The position numbers and the translations under genes were made by a program. 64,000 bases of DNA from Spirochaetia bacterium (GTDB taxonomy: Bacteria > Spirochaetota > Spirochaetia > DSM-2461), in the NCBI GenBank assembly GCA_963666985.2, contig CAXXIA010000001.1:288001-352000 (forward strand), written 5' to 3'. How positions within the stretch are numbered: the first letter of the stretch is position 1; the number at the start of each line of letters is the position of its first letter. The notes beneath the pieces are model-generated. The model was not told where the DNA came from and did no database searches. It saw only the letters and a program-made list of their open reading frames with translations. Below are positions 37,801-47,800 of this stretch, in pieces.

Positions 37801-38973
37801 ATGAATCGGTTGGGAGTTGCCGTTGTCGGATGCGGGAGAATCTCCGATCTTCATGCGGCGGCGTATCAAGAACATCCCGATGCACGAATAGCGGCTGTTT
37901 GCGACATTGACGCGGCCGCGGCTCGGAAAAAAGCCGAATTATGGGGCGCGGAAAGCTTCACGGACAGTTTTAATGAGGTTCTGGCGAATCCGTCGGTGGA
38001 TGCCGTTGAGATTCTTGTGCCGACCCGGCTTCATGAAGAATACACGGTAAAGGCCTTGGCCGCCGGAAAGAACGTTTCCGTGCAGAAGCCCATGGCGGTG
38101 AATCTGAAAAGCGCCGACAGGATGCTCGCCGCGGCGCGCCGTGCGGGCAAACTGCTGAAGGTCGCGGAGAACTATGCCTTTTTTCCGCCGTTGGTTACGG
38201 CAAAAAAGATTCTCGAAGATGGGGTAATCGGTGAACCGACGAGCCTGAGAATGAAAATGATTGCCGGAACGGGCGGATGGTCCGTTCCGGCTGCGGCTTG
38301 GTCATGGCGTCTTAAGGATCTCGCGGACGGAATGGGACTCCATACATTCGATCACGGACATCATATGTGGGCTTCGGCGTACTATCTTTTGGGACGATTC
38401 GATGCGGTGACGGCATGGATTGATGAAACCAATCGGATTATCGATTCTCCGGCGGTGGTGCAGTGGCGGCATGAATCGGCGAAGAGATACGGCCAATGCG
38501 AATTTCAGTACGGACCGGAAATACCGATTCCCTCGCCGTATTACGCCGACACTCAATGGTTCGACATCGCGGGAACCAAGGGTGTTATTGTGGTGAATCG
38601 GGGAACCTCCGGAATCATCGATGCTCCTGCGGTTCAGGTTTATTCCGGAGGAGTCTGGAAGGATTACGATGTTGAGCGGGATTGGGGCTCCGGTTTTATC
38701 GGTTCCTCCCGTAATTTTATCAACGCATTGATCGGCAGAGAAAAACCTTTATTGAATATGGAAGAAGGACGGCATGTGCTGGCGGCCACAATCGCCATAG
38801 CCAAGGCGAGCCGAAAGTACAGAACGGTCTATCTTGAAGAGCTCGATCGAATATTTCCGGGAGCTTACGCCCTGCGTCGGCGGGGGAACGATCGCCGGGA
38901 AAAGGCTCGGTTTCTTAAGGAGTTAACGGTTTCCATTCGGAAAGAGGATGTAACAGGCGAGAATCTTACTTAG
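37801..38973 (+). CDS. Gfo/Idh/MocA oxidoreductase
   Basis: GCGRIS, P...H, QKPMA, DHGHH. Confidence 0.92.
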   Translation: MNRLGVAVVGCGRISDLHAAAYQEHPDARIAAVCDIDAAAARKKAELWGAESFTDSFNEVLANPSVDAVEILVPTRLHEEYTVKALAAGKNVSVQKPMAVNLKSADRMLAAARRAGKLLKVAENYAFFPPLVTAKKILEDGVIGEPTSLRMKMIAGTGGWSVPAAAWSWRLKDLADGMGLHTFDHGHHMWASAYYLLGRFDAVTAWIDETNRIIDSPAVVQWRHESAKRYGQCEFQYGPEIPIPSPYYADTQWFDIAGTKGVIVVNRGTSGIIDAPAVQVYSGGVWKDYDVERDWGSGFIGSSRNFINALIGREKPLLNMEEGRHVLAATIAIAKASRKYRTVYLEELDRIFPGAYALRRRGNDRREKARFLKELTVSIRKEDVTGENLT

Positions 38974-38989
38974 TGCGGGAACAATTTTG

Positions 38990-39077
38990 TTGACAGCGCC
39001 TTAAGGGTATGGAAAAATGAAATTGGTAAGATAACTTTACCTAAAATCCAAAATTGGTCATGTAGGTATACCAATTT
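38990..39077 (+). promoter_or_regulatory. Promoter with candidate FadR/GntR operators
   Basis: TTGACA at 38990; AAATTGGT half-sites at 39020 and 39051; GGTATACCAATTT at 39065-39077. Confidence 0.7.
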
Positions 39078-39098
39078 ATGTGTTTTAAGGAGACATGA

Positions 39099-41078
39099 GT
39101 GGGTTTAATCGCCGATAAAAAGACGATTCTCGAAAAAGAATTCCTTGTGAACTTCCGGAATCGTGCGTTGGACGACGGGATTTCAGCTAAGGATATTGAG
39201 GAGGGACTTAAAGTCCTTTGCTACACCTGCAATACATCCGATGTTATCGGATTCGCTCTGAAAACCCTTGATCTTTCCTGTGTTGTTGAAGTGGACGAAC
39301 GGACGTGGTCCTTGGTGTTCGCCGGCGGCTTCTGTTCGCTTTATTCGGACGCCGTCGCTCTTCCGGACATGACAATGACTATGCGCGGCGATATCGCCGT
39401 AGGACTGATAACGGGCCGGATTAATTCCGGTGTCGCTTTTATGTGCGGTGATTTGCTTTATCGAGGGAAAAAGAACGCCGCTTTGAATTTCCAGGCCGTA
39501 TGCGAACTGTTTCTCGACGAATCGGGTCTTTCCGAAAGTTCAAGAGAAGACGCCCCATCCGCTTTGAAAAAAGCCGAAGGAAGCAAAGGCGCTCTGAAGT
39601 TCGGGGTTGTCGGCGGCGGAAGCGCGTTTACATTCCATTACGAGGCCGTAAAAGAGTCGGATCTTCTTCAATTTACCGCCATCTATGACGCGAATATCGA
39701 TAACGCCCGGAAGGTCGCGAAGAGGGTAACAGGCGCTCCTTTGACCGTGTATGAAACCCTCGACGATATGCTCGCTTCGGATATCGACGGTGTTTTGGTG
39801 ATTGTTCCTCATCTTTATCACGAACAAATTGTTATCGCGTGTTTGGAGAAGAGAAAGCATGTTCTTTGCGAAAAGCCCATGGCCACGACGGTCGAAGCCT
39901 GTCGGAACATGATCGAAGCCGCAAAGAGAAACAACGTTCGTTTCATGATCGCCGAGAACCATCGTTTCTTACCGGCGCATAACGTTATGAAGCAGGCCGT
40001 CGAAGACGGCTTGGTCGGGGATATTCTGATGGTTCGCGCCTATGAAGGCGTCAATGAGATTCCCGGCTTAAGTACCAGCGGCTTCTGGAAGGGCGATCCG
40101 ATTAAAGCCGGCGGCGGCTCTCTCATGGATATGGGAGCTCATAAATTCGCCACGATCGAGTACCTCTTGAACAGCCGATGCACGTCGGTAACGGCGATGC
40201 TCGCCAAACAGGCGATAAACCTTCCCGAGAAGGCCGAAGATAACGCCGTCGCCATGATGAATTTCGAAAACGGAGCCATCGGTGAACTGACCGTAAGCTT
40301 CACACAGATGACTCCGCCGTATAACAGCATGGAAATCTACGGGACCGAAGGCACCATTCTCGAAAATCACGCCTGGGAGAATCCCGTTCGGATTTATTCG
40401 TTCAATAAGTCCGCTCCTTCTCCTCAGACATGGTACGAACCGGAAGTGGAGCATGCGCCTTTCCCCGGATATTACCCGATTTCCGTCAGGCGCGAAGACG
40501 AGCACTTCGCACGATGTATTTTGGAAGAGAAAAATCCGGAATTTACACCGGAAGACGCGATGAGCGCCATCGTCTGCATCCTCGCCGGTTATCTCTCTTC
40601 CATCGAAAAGCGTCCCGTGACGCGTGAAGAAATCATGAATCTCTCCGATCAGGGGCGAACGGGTGAAATCCTGGAGCGTCTGGCGGAGTCCATACCTATC
40701 AACAGCAAGCTTGCGGAGGTGAAAAGCGTGCAACCAGTCGGTTATGCCAAAGATAAAGCGGCATCCCTTATGAAGAAGAACAATCTCGATTTATTAATCG
40801 CGACCTCACCGGTGAATGTTTACTATTTATCCGGCCTGCCTGTCATGCACAGTGCTCCCAATCCCATTTTGGAAGCCTTGGCGAATCAATATCCGAATAT
40901 CGCCGCGATTCGAAAGGGCGGTGAGGGAACCGTGTTTCATTGGGATGTTTTCAGGAGCGTCGGAGAGTTCTGCTGGGTACCCCGAGAGTGTCGGAATCGA
41001 CAGCAGGGCAAGTCTTCAGTCGGCCCTGGCTCTGCAGATAAAAAAATGGGGCTTGGTCGGAAAGAGAGTCGGTGTTGA
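39099..41078 (+). CDS. SCP2 + Gfo/Idh/MocA + creatinase-N fusion ORF; frameshifts into the M24 domain
   Basis: SCP2-like G.I....AFM.G.L...G; GVVGGG, CEKPMA, DMGAH; NLDLLIATSPVNVYYLSG. Confidence 0.8.
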   Translation: MGLIADKKTILEKEFLVNFRNRALDDGISAKDIEEGLKVLCYTCNTSDVIGFALKTLDLSCVVEVDERTWSLVFAGGFCSLYSDAVALPDMTMTMRGDIAVGLITGRINSGVAFMCGDLLYRGKKNAALNFQAVCELFLDESGLSESSREDAPSALKKAEGSKGALKFGVVGGGSAFTFHYEAVKESDLLQFTAIYDANIDNARKVAKRVTGAPLTVYETLDDMLASDIDGVLVIVPHLYHEQIVIACLEKRKHVLCEKPMATTVEACRNMIEAAKRNNVRFMIAENHRFLPAHNVMKQAVEDGLVGDILMVRAYEGVNEIPGLSTSGFWKGDPIKAGGGSLMDMGAHKFATIEYLLNSRCTSVTAMLAKQAINLPEKAEDNAVAMMNFENGAIGELTVSFTQMTPPYNSMEIYGTEGTILENHAWENPVRIYSFNKSAPSPQTWYEPEVEHAPFPGYYPISVRREDEHFARCILEEKNPEFTPEDAMSAIVCILAGYLSSIEKRPVTREEIMNLSDQGRTGEILERLAESIPINSKLAEVKSVQPVGYAKDKAASLMKKNNLDLLIATSPVNVYYLSGLPVMHSAPNPILEALANQYPNIAAIRKGGEGTVFHWDVFRSVGEFCWVPRECRNRQQGKSSVGPGSADKKMGLGRKESRC

Positions 41079-41856
41079 AGAGACGATGCCGAAGTTCCTT
41101 CTCGACGTTCTTATGCAGGAACGGTTGGAACTGGTCATCGTGGATGCCGATGATGTGTTCCGTGACATGCGGCTCGTAAAGACCGATGAGGAAATACAGC
41201 GAATTCATGAAGCAACTCGGATTACCGAGAAGGCTATTCAGCGCTGTATCGACGAATTGAAAATAGGCACGACCGACAATGAAATTTTATCCCTGGCCCG
41301 CAAAACAATGCTTGATGAAGGCGCCGACGGCTGGAATCACCTCACTTTATCCATCGGCGGTTCGGATCCCGAGGCTCCGGGCATCGGCATCGCCGTGAAG
41401 AAGAACGATATTATTCGTCTCGACTTCGGAGCCGTCTATAAGAATTATTCGGCCGACGTGAACGCCGAAGTCATCATCGGCGAGGCCACGGACGAAGCGA
41501 CGGCTTTTATCGACGGACTTCTGGATTTTCAAGCGTACTTCGAAAAGCGCATCAAGCCGGGCGTGAATATGAAAAAACTCGGTGAAGAAGCCGTCGAGTG
41601 GTACAAAGAGGCTTATCCCAACGGCATAGCCTTCTGCATCGGTCACAGCATCGGCCTGGAATGTGAAGATGTTCATATGTTCGGTGCCTTCGGCGCTTTG
41701 GACATGGAATTCGAAGAAAACATGGTTCTCGAAATAGAAGCATGGGAGGACTACAACGGCTATCTGATCGGAGTGGAGGACTGTTATGTCGTTACCAAAA
41801 CCGGCTGCCGCAAGATGACCACCCTGGATAAGCACATTATTTCCATCAAGGAGTAA
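40728..41856 (+). pseudogene. M24 (Xaa-Pro peptidase-like) hydrolase split by a 1-nt frameshift at 40980-40983
   Basis: RLVKTDEEI, LDFGA..YSAD, GHSIG, EIE, GVED in the second frame; removing one C joins the frames. Confidence 0.75.
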
Positions 41857-41860
41857 ACGA

Positions 41861-42649
41861 ATGAAACCGTTAATTATTGTCGCCACGCCGAATATATGCT
41901 GGCTCAAACCCGATGTTTCGTATCCCAAGAACGCCGCCGAAATTGCCGAGGAAACCGTTCTCTGCCAAAAAGCCGGTGCTTCGGTTCTGCATATTCACGG
42001 CGAAGGCCAGTGGAAGGAAGTGCATGAAGAAGTCCGTAAAAGATGCGACATCATTATCCAGAGCGGTATGTCCAGCTTTACTCTGCAGGAGCGGATTGAA
42101 GTTTTCGAAATAAAAACCGAAATGGTTTCCATTATTTTGAATCATCATGCCGAGGCCTTCGCCGAAGTGGACTGCAATATGCTGCATACCCTCGAAGAGC
42201 TGACGGAGTACGCCGAGGCCTGCAGAAAGTATGGGGTTAAGCCCGAATTCGAAGTTTGGCATACCGGGTCCATTTGGAATCTGAACCGGCTTATCGAGAG
42301 GGGGCTGCTGGATGCTCCGTATATAACGACGTTGTTCTTCGGATGGCCGGGCGGTACGTGGTCGCCTCCCACGGTCGAAGAATACCTCTACCGCCGGAAG
42401 ATGATGCCCGAGAACTGCGCCTGCACCGTCAGCATTATGGATGAAAAGCAGATGGATATTCTTGTGGCCGCCATCATGAACGGCGACAACGTCCGAGTCG
42501 GTACCGAAGATTATCCCTACGACCGCAGCGGCAAAGTCTGCACGACGCATGAACTGGTCGCGGAAATCGCGGATATTTCGAAAAAACTCGGCCGGCCCAT
42601 CGCGACCGCCGATGAGGCCAGAAAAATTCTGGGGCTCGGAGGGAACTAA
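41861..42649 (+). CDS. Beta-keto acid cleavage enzyme (BKACE/DUF849, Kce family)
   Basis: AGASVLHIH, KPEFEV, VRVGTED, GRPIATADEARKILG. Confidence 0.93.
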   Translation: MKPLIIVATPNICWLKPDVSYPKNAAEIAEETVLCQKAGASVLHIHGEGQWKEVHEEVRKRCDIIIQSGMSSFTLQERIEVFEIKTEMVSIILNHHAEAFAEVDCNMLHTLEELTEYAEACRKYGVKPEFEVWHTGSIWNLNRLIERGLLDAPYITTLFFGWPGGTWSPPTVEEYLYRRKMMPENCACTVSIMDEKQMDILVAAIMNGDNVRVGTEDYPYDRSGKVCTTHELVAEIADISKKLGRPIATADEARKILGLGGN

Positions 42650-42651
42650 TC

Positions 42652-43422
42652 ATGACGGAGAAAAAAGTTGCCGTCGTCACCGGCGCGGCGAGTGGAATCG
42701 GAAAGGCTTCGGCAAAGAGATTCGCCGACGAAGGATACGCGGTCGCTCTCTTTGACCGGAGCGCGGATATCGAGGGAGTCGGAAAGGAATTGCATCGGAA
42801 CGGTTCCGAGTGCCTGGCCCGCAGGGGAGATGTTTCTTCGGAAAAAGATGTCGCTTCGTTTATAGCCGATGTTGAGTCTGAATTCGGACGGATCGATGTA
42901 CTGAACAATAACGCGGGCGTTGTCGTCGTTAAGCCTTTGGAAGAGACCTCATTTGAGGACTTCAGCCGGGTGGCCAACGTGAACATCGGCGGAACCTTCC
43001 TGCTGTGCAAGTACGTGCTTCCCATCATGAAGCGCGCAAAAAAAGGCGCCATTGTAAATCTCGGTTCGGTTTCCGGACATGTGGGACAGACCGAACACGC
43101 TATTTACGGCGCCACTAAGGGGGCGGTTATCGCTTTTACCCGTGCCGTGGCCTGGGAAGTTTCCGCATATGGAATCCGCGTGAATTCCGTCAGTCCCGGT
43201 TCGGTCGATACGCCGATGCTCCGCTCGGACATCACTCTTGAATCCGAACGGACGGGAATGCCCTTTGAGGATGTAAAGAAGCTGCGCGAAGCCGAACAGG
43301 CTTTCGACCGCTGGGCCGATCCTTCGGAGATTGCCTCGGCCATCTATTTCCTGGCCGAAGACGGCGCTTCCTTCATTACCGGATCGGATCTTCTCGTCGA
43401 TTGCGGCTGGGTGGCCAAATAG
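42652..43422 (+). CDS. Short-chain dehydrogenase/reductase
   Basis: TGAASGIG, NNAG, YGATK, VSPG. Confidence 0.95.
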   Translation: MTEKKVAVVTGAASGIGKASAKRFADEGYAVALFDRSADIEGVGKELHRNGSECLARRGDVSSEKDVASFIADVESEFGRIDVLNNNAGVVVVKPLEETSFEDFSRVANVNIGGTFLLCKYVLPIMKRAKKGAIVNLGSVSGHVGQTEHAIYGATKGAVIAFTRAVAWEVSAYGIRVNSVSPGSVDTPMLRSDITLESERTGMPFEDVKKLREAEQAFDRWADPSEIASAIYFLAEDGASFITGSDLLVDCGWVAK

Positions 43423-43423
43423 T

Positions 43424-44155
43424 ATGACTCCCGACGCCTGTGATTTTGAAATTACCAAAAAGCAGTCCACTACCGGGATTATTACGGAAAAGCTGATAGA
43501 TCTGATCCGAAAGCGCAGTCTCGGTCCCGGTGACAAGCTGCCTCCCGAGAGGGAACTGTCGGAAATTATGGGCGTCAGCAGGCCCTCTCTCAGGGAAGCT
43601 CTTAAGTCCCTCGAGATGATGAGCATCATAACGATCAGACAGGGATCGGGCGCTTATGTGAACGATCTCGATCCCGAGAGCGTGGTGGAGCACCTGGATA
43701 TCGTTTTTAAATTGGACGATTCGCTCTATCACGATCTGTATAAAGCCAGGAGAGTTCTCGAATCCGCGATCTGCCGAATGGCGGCCGAGAACATCACCGA
43801 AGCCGAACTCGTGGAAATCGAAAGGAATATTCATATATCCGACGAAGCGGTTAACGATCCTCAAAGATTTTTGCAGCTCGATCTGGAACTTCACGATCTT
43901 ATCCTCAGAGCGTCGAAGAATCGAATACTTCCGGTTTTTATTCAGTCGATCAACAAGCTGAATCTGATTATGAGGGACAAAACGAACAGCCTTTTGGAAG
44001 TGCGTCAGGCTGCCGTCGCCGATCATCAGAGGATTCTCGGGGCGCTGAAGGAGCGGGACGGAAACGCGGCGGCACAGGCGATGGAAAACCATCTGCACAG
44101 TGTTGAGCAAGGCTTCTATAACCATCGCGATAAGGAGAACCCTGATGAGCAATAA
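43424..44155 (+). CDS. FadR/GntR-family regulator
   Basis: GDKLPPERELS..GVSRPSLREAL; FCD domain. Confidence 0.95.
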   Translation: MTPDACDFEITKKQSTTGIITEKLIDLIRKRSLGPGDKLPPERELSEIMGVSRPSLREALKSLEMMSIITIRQGSGAYVNDLDPESVVEHLDIVFKLDDSLYHDLYKARRVLESAICRMAAENITEAELVEIERNIHISDEAVNDPQRFLQLDLELHDLILRASKNRILPVFIQSINKLNLIMRDKTNSLLEVRQAAVADHQRILGALKERDGNAAAQAMENHLHSVEQGFYNHRDKENPDEQ

Positions 44156-45095
44156 GTATTTTGTAACCGGAGCGACCGGTTGCATCGGAGGATGGGTCGT
44201 CAAAAATCTTGTGGAATCGGGAAAAGAGGTTTCCGTTCTTTCCAGGAGCGGCGGCCTTGAAAAACTCCGATTGATTATGGATGAAAAGGATATCGCGAAA
44301 GTCGCGATTCTTAAGGCCGATCTGATTGATTACGACGCGATGAAATCGTGGATTGAGCGGCGGAAGGTTACGAAAATTATTCATCTTGCTGCGATGCAGC
44401 TGCCGTTCTGCAAAGCGGATCCCAGACTTGGCGCCAGAGTCAATGTTGAGGGGACGGTCAATATTTTCGAAGCCGCCAAAGCGTGCGGAATCACATCTCT
44501 CGTTTATTCCAGCAGTACCGCCGTATACGGCAAAACCGAGGACTATGGAGAAGAAATTCTCAGACACGATACGGAATTCCTTCCTCATTCACATTACGGA
44601 GTCTACAAAATCGCCAATGAATGGAGCGCGAAGGTTTATTATGAGTCGGACGGAATCTCCAGCATCGGAATAAGACCGTATGTGGTCTATGGCCCCCTAA
44701 GGGACCAGGGAATGACCTCAACTCCCACAACCGCGATGAAGGCGGTTCTTAAGGGAGAAAAATATCATATTTCCTACGGCGGAAGATTCGATTTCCAATA
44801 TGTGGACGATACCGCCAAAGCCTTTATACAAGCGGCCGATGTCGATTTCAGCGGCGCGGAAACATTCAACTTGGGCGGCGGCTCCGTAACGATGGACGAG
44901 GTTGTTTCGGCAATCGACAAAGCCTTGCCCGGCGCCGCCGATTTGCTTTCTTATACGGATTCACAGCTTCCGTTCCCGCCCGCCGCGGAAAACATTCAGC
45001 TTGAAAAACTCATCGGACCCATCTGCTCGACTGATTTGGAAACGGGTGTAAGGCAAAGTATGGAGATTTTTAAATCGGCTGTCGAGACCGCATAA
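44145..45095 (+). CDS. NAD-dependent epimerase/dehydratase (extended SDR)
   Basis: TGATGCIG, HLAA, SSS.AVYG, YGVYK. Confidence 0.93.
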   Translation: MSNKYFVTGATGCIGGWVVKNLVESGKEVSVLSRSGGLEKLRLIMDEKDIAKVAILKADLIDYDAMKSWIERRKVTKIIHLAAMQLPFCKADPRLGARVNVEGTVNIFEAAKACGITSLVYSSSTAVYGKTEDYGEEILRHDTEFLPHSHYGVYKIANEWSAKVYYESDGISSIGIRPYVVYGPLRDQGMTSTPTTAMKAVLKGEKYHISYGGRFDFQYVDDTAKAFIQAADVDFSGAETFNLGGGSVTMDEVVSAIDKALPGAADLLSYTDSQLPFPPAAENIQLEKLIGPICSTDLETGVRQSMEIFKSAVETA

Positions 45096-45207
45096 AAGCT
45101 CCGGAACTGCCGGCTTTCCCGAAAAGGGAATACGGAGTCATGCGGCCTGGATTCATAGAGTCGGATCAGTGCCTTTGCTGTGGAAAAGGAACCAAGAGGA
45201 GGTTTTC

Positions 45208-46188
45208 ATGAACTCTAAGATTAAGTTCGTCGTAGTTCTGGTCGCCCTCGCTTCTCTTTGTGCGTTTCAGGCATTTGCCAATGGACAGAGCGGAGCCGAC
45301 GATCAAACCGTCATCGGTATCTCAATGCAGGGAAATCAGAGCGGTTTTGTACAGTACATCACGTCCGGTATGTGGGAATGGCAGAAAGCCAATGCCCCGG
45401 ATGTTAAGCTTGAGATTGTCTTTGCCGACGATGATGCGGCGAAGCAGCTCTCTCAAGTGGAAACATTCGTCGCCAAACGCGTCGATGCCATCATTATTAA
45501 TCCCGTGGATAAGGTTCAGTGCGCCGTTGCCGTCGATACGGCATTCAATGCGGGTATTCCCGTTCTGACCGTCAACACCATCACCGAAAGTAAAAACGTC
45601 ACGGCCCATGTGGGTTCCGACGATGTGCAGTCCGGCTATCTCCAGATGAACCGCATTTTCGACGTTATCGGTGATGACGGCCGTGTGGCTTATGTTGATG
45701 CCGTTTTGGGGCATTCCGCACAGGTCGGCAGAACCGAAGGCTATATGAAGTCTTTGGCCGAGCATCCCAAAGCCACCCTTGTTGTTCATGACACCGGAAA
45801 CTGGTCGGGCGACGAATCGATGAAGCTTGTCGAGAACTGGCTTCAGTCCGGAAAAGAGTTCGATGCCATCGCCTGCATGGCCGACTGTCAGCTTATCGGT
45901 GTTGTGACCGCCGTGAAGAATGCGAACATGGCCGGGAAACTCGTTCTTGCCGGCATGGACTGCGATCCTCTCATCATGGAAAGCATCCAGGAAGGCATCG
46001 TCGACAATTCCATCTGGCAGGACGGCGTCGGTCAGGGCGCGAACGTCGTACGCTTGGCTCTTGAAGCGGTGAAAGGCAATTCGATTTCCGACTTCTATTT
46101 GCCGTACGAAGTGTGCACCGGAGAGAACATCAACCATTACTTGGAACTCGCCAAAGAGCGTGACGCTCTGGCGAAGAAGTATTTCTAA
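45208..46188 (+). CDS. Sugar ABC transporter substrate-binding protein (RbsB-like)
   Basis: Signal peptide; VDAIIINP, VGSDD, GNWS; GAGGAGG SD. Confidence 0.93.
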   Translation: MNSKIKFVVVLVALASLCAFQAFANGQSGADDQTVIGISMQGNQSGFVQYITSGMWEWQKANAPDVKLEIVFADDDAAKQLSQVETFVAKRVDAIIINPVDKVQCAVAVDTAFNAGIPVLTVNTITESKNVTAHVGSDDVQSGYLQMNRIFDVIGDDGRVAYVDAVLGHSAQVGRTEGYMKSLAEHPKATLVVHDTGNWSGDESMKLVENWLQSGKEFDAIACMADCQLIGVVTAVKNANMAGKLVLAGMDCDPLIMESIQEGIVDNSIWQDGVGQGANVVRLALEAVKGNSISDFYLPYEVCTGENINHYLELAKERDALAKKYF

Positions 46189-46213
46189 GGGAATATTCCC
46201 GAAAAAGAGCGAT

Positions 46214-46251
46214 TCCCGGTACGGAGCGATCATTTCCCGCCCGTACCGGGA
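46214..46251 (+). other. Stem-loop after the binding-protein gene (probable mRNA stabiliser)
   Basis: 11-bp IR TCCCGGTACGG/CCGTACCGGGA. Confidence 0.6.
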
Positions 46252-46279
46252 TTTCGACCTAAACGGAATGGAGTGAACT

Positions 46280-47800
46280 ATGATGCCTCGGGAAACGGTA
46301 CTGGAAATGAAGGACATCGATATGAGGTTCATGGGCGTCCATGCCCTGGACGGAGTGTCGTTTGCCCTCAATCGGGGAGAAGTCCACGCTCTGGTCGGTG
46401 AGAACGGTGCCGGGAAATCGACTCTCATGAAGGTTCTTGTCGGGCTTTATACGCCGAATGCCGGAGAAATTGTCTATAAAGGAAACACGGTTGAATTCAA
46501 GTCCGTCAGAGAAACCCGGGATGCGGGAATCTGCATGATTTTTCAAGAATTCAACCAAGTCAAACACATGACCGTCGCCGAGAATATTTTTCTTGGACGG
46601 GAACCGAAGACGAAATCCGGCTCGGTAGATTTTAAAACAATGATTTCCGAATCACGGAAGATTTTGGAAGACATGAGCATCGATATAGATCCGAAAAGCT
46701 ATATCCGTGATTTGACGGTCGCCAAGCAGCAGCTCGTGGAAATCGTCAGAGCCGTGTCTCAGAACGCGGACATCATCATTATGGATGAACCTACCTCCGC
46801 CTTAAGCAATATCGAGATTGAACATCTCATGGAGACGGTTACTTCCTTGAAGAACGAAGGGAAGTCCATCGTTTTCATTTCTCATAAGCTGGAAGAAATA
46901 TTCGGCGTATGTGACCGCGTTACGATTTTACGGGACGGGCATTTCATCCGTTCCTGCCCAATCGAGGATATTGACGAACCGGAATTGATTCGGCTGATGG
47001 TGAACAGAGAAATCTCCGAGATGTTCCCAAAACAGCCCGCTCATATCGGTGAGGTTGTCCTGGAAGTGAAAGGACTCACAATAGACGGACTTTTTAAAGA
47101 TGTCAGTTTCAGTCTGAAAAAAGGTGAAATTCTGGGAATCGCGGGTCTTATGGGTGCCGGAAGAACGGAAGTTGTCGAAGCCATCATGGGCAGCCGGGCT
47201 CTTGACGATGGGGAAATAATCCTCAAAGGCCGGAAGATTCTCAATAGAAGACCGAAGGACGCCATAAAGAGGGGAATCATTCTCGTTCCGGAGGATCGGA
47301 AGCGTCATGGTGTGATTCTGAAACTCAGCGTGAAGGACAATATTCTGATGTCCGCTTTGAAGAAATGTCTTAAAGGCGGCCGAATCAGAAAGAATCTTGA
47401 AAAGACATTCACGGATGAATACATGGAGAAGCTGCAGATAAAGGCAAGTTCCGGAAGTCAGGTCTGCGGAAATTTATCCGGTGGAAACCAGCAGAAAGTC
47501 GCCATTGCCAGAATACTCAATGCCGATCCGGATGTGATTATTCTGGACGAACCCACACGCGGTATTGATGTTAAAACGAAATCGGATATCCATCGCCTTA
47601 TGTCGCAGCTTGCCGGTCAGGGCAAGGCCGTTCTTATGATTTCGTCTGAAATGGCGGAAGTTTTGGGTATGAGCGACCGGATTGTCGTTCTTCACGAAGG
47701 TCATGTTACGGGAATCCTCGATCGAGACAAAGCGGATTCCAATGAAATCATGAAATACGCAATAGGATACACCGGAGAAGGGGAAAAGAATAATGGATGA
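46280..47800 (+). CDS. Sugar ABC transporter ATP-binding protein (RbsA-like)
   Basis: GENGAGKS, MDEPT, LSGGNQQK, LDEPTRGID. Confidence 0.96.
   Translation: MMPRETVLEMKDIDMRFMGVHALDGVSFALNRGEVHALVGENGAGKSTLMKVLVGLYTPNAGEIVYKGNTVEFKSVRETRDAGICMIFQEFNQVKHMTVAENIFLGREPKTKSGSVDFKTMISESRKILEDMSIDIDPKSYIRDLTVAKQQLVEIVRAVSQNADIIIMDEPTSALSNIEIEHLMETVTSLKNEGKSIVFISHKLEEIFGVCDRVTILRDGHFIRSCPIEDIDEPELIRLMVNREISEMFPKQPAHIGEVVLEVKGLTIDGLFKDVSFSLKKGEILGIAGLMGAGRTEVVEAIMGSRALDDGEIILKGRKILNRRPKDAIKRGIILVPEDRKRHGVILKLSVKDNILMSALKKCLKGGRIRKNLEKTFTDEYMEKLQIKASSGSQVCGNLSGGNQQKVAIARILNADPDVIILDEPTRGIDVKTKSDIHRLMSQLAGQGKAVLMISSEMAEVLGMSDRIVVLHEGHVTGILDRDKADSNEIMKYAIGYTGEGEKNNG

Noticed and set aside
35882..38973. 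Canonical myo-inositol (iol) operon
   Set aside because: No IolE, IolB, IolC or IolA in the window and the ThDP enzyme is divergent
45322..46428. 368-aa minus-strand ORF
   Set aside because: Antisense to the sugar-binding and ATPase genes
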